Virus record (IMG/VR): IMGVR_UViG_3300051213_000220
Location: 1 to 30,592 of that record
Strand: one strand, 5' to 3'
Source: a virus
Lineage: Duplodnaviria > Caudoviricetes
Length of the DNA: 30,592 nucleotides
A model generated the notes under the pieces. The model was not told the DNA's origin. It searched no databases and saw nothing but the letters and a program-made list of their open reading frames with translations. The position numbers and the translations under genes were made by a program. Numbering within the stretch: the first letter of the stretch is position 1; each line of letters starts with the position of its first letter. Shown one piece after another: positions 26,566-30,592 of the stretch.

Positions 26566-27451
26566 CTTTGACTAATATAAGTGTGACTGTTTTAGAATGC
26601 TCCTCTGCTACTCCAGTATTAATTTCTTCCTTCTTCATCTGCTCTATCTCATATTCCTTGTTTACAATGTTCTTGGAATAAGTGTAGGACTTTCGTTGAT
26701 AGGTGGAATAAGATACTAAACTACCATGCACATCCATAGCCATTTTATTATCCTTTAGTAAATCACTTAAATCATTTTTAATTAATTCCTTTTTTTTCTC
26801 TAATTCCTTTAACTCCTTTGTAATCTCAGCATATTTAAACATTCTTTCACCTATTGCACTATTCTGGTATCTTTCATAAGCCTCACTTATCTCTTTAGCT
26901 GCCTTCCTTATCCTTGCCTCTGCGGCAGTTAATTCCGCTGTATTAAACACATACATAAAACTTTCATGCTCACCTGCCCATGACAAGGTTTTGCCTCGCA
27001 GCTTTGTCTTCCAATAGCTAATCACAGATGTAGGCATTACACCAAACTTATACCACAATATTAAAGAGTAAGTCTGCATCTGCAAAGATTGTTGCAGTCG
27101 CTGTGTTGACCAAGGGGCAGTTCCAGTCTTGAAATCTATAACCATTTCAAAATCTTTGGAACAATTATCTATATATCCCAACATTTTAAAATTTCCGAAA
27201 TCATGCTCTAATTTATATTCTACATGAGGATAAATCAATGTCACATCTAAAAATCCTTCTGGAAAGTTAAAGTCTCTTTGCACACCAGCGGCATAGTCCT
27301 CAATATCTTTTGCAAACTGTTTTCCAAATTCAAGGAAAGGGGAAGGAGGATCGGGAATGCCAATAAAGTATTTCTTTTGGTATGCGATAGGATCGCTCTC
27401 CCAAAGGTTAATCTGTGAAACTGATAAGTGTTCTTTTGGTAATTTTAGCAT
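26549..27451 (-). CDS. PD-(D/E)XK (RecB/Cas4-like) exonuclease with C-terminal coiled-coil domain
   Basis: HLSVSQINLW, VEYKL, GYID, VIDFKTG and QMQTY motifs. Confidence 0.85.
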   Translation of the reverse strand: MLKLPKEHLSVSQINLWESDPIAYQKKYFIGIPDPPSPFLEFGKQFAKDIEDYAAGVQRDFNFPEGFLDVTLIYPHVEYKLEHDFGNFKMLGYIDNCSKDFEMVIDFKTGTAPWSTQRLQQSLQMQTYSLILWYKFGVMPTSVISYWKTKLRGKTLSWAGEHESFMYVFNTAELTAAEARIRKAAKEISEAYERYQNSAIGERMFKYAEITKELKELEKKKELIKNDLSDLLKDNKMAMDVHGSLVSYSTYQRKSYTYSKNIVNKEYEIEQMKKEEINTGVAEEHSKTVTLILVKDEGVE

Positions 27452-27471
27452 GGTAAGTTGTTTTAGTTTTT

Positions 27472-27499
27472 AAAAAAGTGCCAGCGCAGATACTGGCAC
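27472..27499 (-). terminator. Intrinsic terminator
   Basis: GTGCCAG/CTGGCAC 7-bp stem plus T6 on the minus strand. Confidence 0.7.
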
Positions 27500-27511
27500 A
27501 TATAGAGTCAT

Positions 27512-27928
27512 TCATCTCAATTTTTGGAAGACCTGTATAAAGATAGTAGAAGTTGCGGCAGTTGCATTGTCATGCGGTATTTCTGCCTCAATTAACTTGT
27601 TATAAATGTCAATGTATGTCTGTGTATAAATAGCAGATAGTTCAAAAGCAATGGCTGCAAGGTCAGGCTTCTCTTTATCTACATCTTGCATTGATTCAAT
27701 CGCTTGCTGTGTAGTTGGTTCGCTTTGAACATATTTTAATTTGCCTTTATCATCTATAACATCAATAACATCTCCTTGCTTTAAACTTTGTATAGGATCA
27801 CCAGGCTTTCCATATATCCTTGCTTCCTTGCCATCGGCAAAAACTACAAGAATGTTTATACTCGGGCCATACTGCCCTTCTCTTGGTGCGCCTGCACTGT
27901 ATTTAACTTTGGCTTTAGTGATTATCAT
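27512..27928 (-). CDS. Putative ssDNA-binding / annealing protein (OB-like N-terminus)
   Basis: Beta-rich N-half (REGQYGP...LKQGDVIDV) and helical C-half ending ATSTIFIQ. Next to the exonuclease gene. Confidence 0.55.
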   Translation of the reverse strand: MIITKAKVKYSAGAPREGQYGPSINILVVFADGKEARIYGKPGDPIQSLKQGDVIDVIDDKGKLKYVQSEPTTQQAIESMQDVDKEKPDLAAIAFELSAIYTQTYIDIYNKLIEAEIPHDNATAATSTIFIQVFQKLR

Positions 27929-28181
27929 AATAGTCTTCTCTTTGAGCGTCTAATCTTTTTAACTCCTCTTCCTCTGCCCAGTTTTGCAACTGTTCAGCAA
28001 TCCATTCAAAGTCTATCGCCTGTGCCATGATTGAATTAAATAGCACTTGTTCTTTCGGTAATAAGTCGTTAAAATTAAACAGTGCATCAATGGCCTTACT
28101 TACGCCTTCATCGGTAATGTCACGAAGGGCAAGGTGGTTATCTACAATGTAATCTAATATGTCTTGGCTTGCCTGGTTCAT
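27915..28181 (-). CDS. Acidic hypothetical protein
   Basis: 88 aa, coupled to neighbours, D/E-rich. Confidence 0.65.
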   Translation of the reverse strand: MNQASQDILDYIVDNHLALRDITDEGVSKAIDALFNFNDLLPKEQVLFNSIMAQAIDFEWIAEQLQNWAEEEELKRLDAQREDYYDNH

Positions 28182-28429
28182 TATTTTCTATATTCTTCGT
28201 TAAACTTTATTGTTTTTTGTAGATACTCAATGGCTGTTTTGTGCAAAAAAGCATGGGCATGATTACAGCGTGTGTACTCTTCTTCGTTTACCGGTAGTTG
28301 ATTAAGTTCATGTAAAACTTCTTCGTAAACTCGTACTCCGTTTTTATCAAACAGATTTTTAACAAGTACATTAATACAAATCTTTGTAAGAATACTTACA
28401 ATTTTTTCGTCTCTTTCTTCCGGTGTCAT
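28181..28429 (-). CDS. Hypothetical protein
   Basis: Start at 28429 (MTPEERDEK) has an A-rich leader TAAAACAAAACATC and is preferred over 28453. Confidence 0.65.
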   Translation of the reverse strand: MTPEERDEKIVSILTKICINVLVKNLFDKNGVRVYEEVLHELNQLPVNEEEYTRCNHAHAFLHKTAIEYLQKTIKFNEEYRK

Positions 28430-28537
28430 GATGTTTTGTTTTATTAGACACATCTAAATTTATTGTTTGTAATAAATTTGTTTCATTGTCTATATTTATA
28501 ATATCAATTAATTTTCCCATTATTGTATTGTTTATTT

Positions 28538-28561
28538 AAGGGCAGTAAATGTACTGCCCTT
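28538..28561 (-). terminator. Perfect 10-bp stem-loop after a small gene
   Basis: AAGGGCAGTA-N4-TACTGCCCTT with only a short T run. Confidence 0.5.
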
Positions 28562-28568
28562 TATATAA

Positions 28569-28775
28569 TTAATATGTTTCTTCAATATATATCTTTACCG
28601 CTTGAATTGCTACTATTTTACTATTGTAAGTATCATATACTTTATTACCTATTTGCCAATACCAAACTGATTCATTTTTTGTATTATAATTAGCTTCTGC
28701 TTTTACAATGGAAAAATTAATACCATTATATTGTCCTTTGTAAAAACCTGCACCTATTCTTGTTGTCTTAATCAT
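28569..28775 (-). CDS. Small hypothetical protein (68 aa)
   Basis: MIKTTRIGAGFYKGQY... with A-rich start. The longer 28964 ORF runs through a terminator and promoter and is spurious. Confidence 0.7.
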   Translation of the reverse strand: MIKTTRIGAGFYKGQYNGINFSIVKAEANYNTKNESVWYWQIGNKVYDTYNSKIVAIQAVKIYIEETY

Positions 28776-28822
28776 TTTGTTTGTTTTTTCTTGTGATGAA
28801 TGCTTTTGTCTTGTTGACCTTT

Positions 28823-28859
28823 CAAAGATACAAATAAAATAAATACAAAGTATATAAAT
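28823..28859 (-). promoter_or_regulatory. Bacteroidota-type promoter (cassette copy 2)
   Basis: Minus-strand TATCTTTG (28830-28823) matches TAnnTTTG. Shares motifs with the 24103-24138 copy. Confidence 0.65.
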
Positions 28860-28883
28860 TATATAAAAATATAAAAATAATTT

Positions 28884-28913
28884 AAAAAAAAGTGTGAGGT
28901 CAATTCCCCACAC
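28884..28913 (-). terminator. Intrinsic terminator
   Basis: Minus strand GTGTGGGG-AATTGA-CCTCACAC plus T8. Confidence 0.75.
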
Positions 28914-28939
28914 CATCAAACGCACTTTAAACCAGTTAC

Positions 28940-29665
28940 TTATCTCTTTAGCACCTTCCTCCACACTGCCAGTTGCTGGGCAATGACTACCGCTCTTCTT
29001 GTGTTGCCCTGTTCTATTTTCTTTGCATGGCTTCTAATGCTCATGAGATCCATGCTTTCCGGTGGCTCTTTTAATGCCAGTGCCTGCGCTTCCTCCCACA
29101 ATACTCTTTTCTCTCCCTCCTCATATTCTATCATATTGAACTGTACGCACATATCATACCAATACAATGGCACTGTTGTAAAGTCTTTCCCTTTAAACTC
29201 CTTTAGCATAGTAGGAAAGTTAGCATATAACTCCTCCCTTGTTTTTCTTGCCTTCTCTTCCATGTTGGCATTGTGCCGGAGGGCAGCGACTTCATTGTCG
29301 TGAGCTGCGATTATCTTTCTCCGGTAGATCAGGTAGGCATTTAGTATTTTACCAATAGTGTGCATATTTGCTTTACCATAGAATTTTACATCATCATCCA
29401 GGTCAAGGGACTGGGCAGCAAAGAGGCGGAAAGCTATTTCAATTTCATTAGCAGCTATCTGCCCAAAGGTTTTTACTATTTCTTTTGTAACTGTGCTGTA
29501 AAATGTGAGATCACCATCAATGCCATGCAAAGGGAAGAGACTGCTAATAACATTCAATACATTCCTAAATGCGTCTTTAGCTTCAATGTTGGCTATTCTG
29601 TTAGGCCTTGATTCAATGATGGCTTGTTCATCCTGGTTGTGTGGTTGGTACTTTGTCAGATTCAT
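28940..29665 (-). CDS. Putative replication accessory (helicase loader-like) protein
   Basis: Helical, with an EIEIAFRL...FYG...IGKILNAY segment of a kind seen near phage replication genes. Function is inferred. Confidence 0.55.
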   Translation of the reverse strand: MNLTKYQPHNQDEQAIIESRPNRIANIEAKDAFRNVLNVISSLFPLHGIDGDLTFYSTVTKEIVKTFGQIAANEIEIAFRLFAAQSLDLDDDVKFYGKANMHTIGKILNAYLIYRRKIIAAHDNEVAALRHNANMEEKARKTREELYANFPTMLKEFKGKDFTTVPLYWYDMCVQFNMIEYEEGEKRVLWEEAQALALKEPPESMDLMSIRSHAKKIEQGNTRRAVVIAQQLAVWRKVLKR

Positions 29666-29879
29666 TGTCTTTGTTTTTCATCCAATAATATAATTTTTGT
29701 TTATGTCGCTGATATTCTCTGTTTTTTTCAATCTGCTCTGGTGTGCGATTATCATATCTCTTTTTATGGTAAGCATTGTTTTTATCTCTAAATGCTCTCC
29801 ATTCCTCAAAGGTCATGTTGTCACGCTTTCGCTGCTGGTACGCTTTCATGTATGCGTTATATTCTTCTCTATTCCTCAT
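29628..29879 (-). CDS. Basic helical hypothetical protein
   Basis: Internally repetitive R/K/E/Y pattern (AY.....DN.T.E). Confidence 0.6.
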   Translation of the reverse strand: MRNREEYNAYMKAYQQRKRDNMTFEEWRAFRDKNNAYHKKRYDNRTPEQIEKNREYQRHKQKLYYWMKNKDNESDKVPTTQPG

Positions 29880-30102
29880 AATTTTCTAATTCGTGTTCAA
29901 CTTCTTCCCAATAATAATACTCATCATAGCCATTGGCTGTTTTAATTTTATACTTTTCCTTTAACATTTCCCTTGCTGCAAACAGAGCGCAGTGCCTTGC
30001 CAGGATAGATACAAGAATCTCCTGTCCAAGTTCTCCGCCAATGTCCTGGATAAGGTTGTGGTAATGCGTAAAAAGTTCTTTTGCTTTTTCTTTCGGTGTC
30101 AT
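29869..30102 (-). CDS. MTPKEKA-family small phage protein, copy 2
   Basis: MTPKEKAKEL...CALFAAREM...YWEEVEHEL. ATGA-coupled to copy 1. Confidence 0.75.
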   Translation of the reverse strand: MTPKEKAKELFTHYHNLIQDIGGELGQEILVSILARHCALFAAREMLKEKYKIKTANGYDEYYYWEEVEHELENYEE

Positions 30103-30356
30103 AGGTTTTGAATTTCTTTTTTAACTTCTTGCCAATAATAATGTGCGTGTGTTTTTTGAGCATCGTAGAAATATCTATGTTCTCCGCCACAATCATCCCA
30201 ATCAGCAAAGTTTGGTTCTAATGGCACTGAATTTAAAATTTCATCGACTGCAATCAAAGCACATTCTTTGGCTTGTTCTTTAGATAAAAATGGGTTTATT
30301 TTATCCATTAGCCAATAATTATCTACTAATTCATTTGCTTTTTCTTTGGGTGTCAT
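30099..30356 (-). CDS. MTPKEKA-family small phage protein, copy 1
   Basis: MTPKEKANEL...CALIAVDEI...YWQEVKKEI. Confidence 0.75.
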   Translation of the reverse strand: MTPKEKANELVDNYWLMDKINPFLSKEQAKECALIAVDEILNSVPLEPNFADWDDCGGEHRYFYDAQKTHAHYYWQEVKKEIQNL

Positions 30357-30380
30357 ATTTTTTAGTTTTATGTAAATTAA

Positions 30381-30590
30381 TTATTCTATATAATCATCAT
30401 ATATAGTAATAATTGGTGCTTTATTTTTATTGTCTGGGCCTTCAATAATTATGGTACCATACTTTTCAATAAATTTATTTAAATCCTTAAGGGAATTTAT
30501 TTCAATACTCCACAACATCTCATCATTTAGTTGCCTTGTTATATGTCCTTCATTAGTTATAGTGTGATTTTTACCTTGAGACCTCCATGT
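30381..30590 (-). CDS. Hypothetical protein (5'-truncated)
   Basis: Open frame from the window end: ...WSIEINSLKDLNKFIEKYG...ITIYDDYIE*. Confidence 0.65.
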   Translation of the reverse strand, partial: TWRSQGKNHTITNEGHITRQLNDEMLWSIEINSLKDLNKFIEKYGTIIIEGPDNKNKAPIITIYDDYIE

Positions 30591-30592
30591 TC

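Larger units (their letters stand above)
1..30592. mobile_element. Siphovirus-type (HK97-like head) phage/prophage segment, probable Bacteroidota host
   Basis: Canonical order terS-terL-portal-protease-capsid-neck-tail-TMP-fibres-lysis, converging on DNA-metabolism genes. No host housekeeping genes and no SD sequences. Confidence 0.95.

Noticed and set aside
26549-27451. CRISPR-Cas (Cas4) assignment
   Set aside because: No Fe-S cysteine set, no other cas genes and no repeat-spacer array. It is a stand-alone phage nuclease.
28371-28520. 49-codon minus-strand ORF (MGKLIDIINID...)
   Set aside because: It has an A-rich start but overlaps the next gene out of frame by about 60 nt and has no motif. 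Possibly a gene remnant; not supportable as a CDS.
28776-28964. N-terminal extension of the 131-aa ORF (28569..28964)
   Set aside because: It runs through a terminator and AT-rich promoter, giving a spurious hydrophobic F/Y/I stretch. The likely start is 28775.
1-30592. Alternative genetic code or introns/inteins
   Set aside because: Core genes (terL, portal, capsid, thyX) are intact and of normal length in the standard code.
1-30592. Integrated prophage boundaries or lysogeny module
   Set aside because: No integrase, repressor, att-like repeat or host gene is visible, so lifestyle cannot be determined from this window.

Overview
AT-rich segment of a long-tailed (siphovirus-type, HK97-like head) phage or prophage genome. 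The host is very likely a Bacteroidota species: there are no Shine-Dalgarno sites, translation starts are A-rich (AAAC/ATAAC-ATG), promoters carry TAnnTTTG elements, and signal peptides follow the A-x-A/S|Q pattern. The + strand (1-22233) holds the late region: HNH nuclease, terminase, portal, prohead protease, capsid, neck, tail tube, frameshifted tail chaperone, tape measure, tail/fibre genes, holin, metallophosphoesterase and amidase. The - strand (22290-30592) holds convergent early/middle genes: a RuvC-like resolvase, a membrane protein, dCTP deaminase, a DUF5664-like NTP pyrophosphatase, ThyX, a PD-(D/E)XK nuclease, replication-associated genes and small genes. The most unusual signals are: (1) three consecutive fibre-region proteins that begin with Sec-type signal peptides, two of which share a mature N-terminal domain; (2) a C4-antisense-like structured RNA upstream of thyX, with candidate complementary targets at early translation starts; (3) a duplicated terminator-promoter-leader cassette; (4) a dcd-DUF5664-thyX trio that may form a complete dTMP pathway. 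No integrase, repressor, CRISPR array, tRNA or reverse transcriptase is visible. All family assignments come from motif recognition by eye, not database searches.
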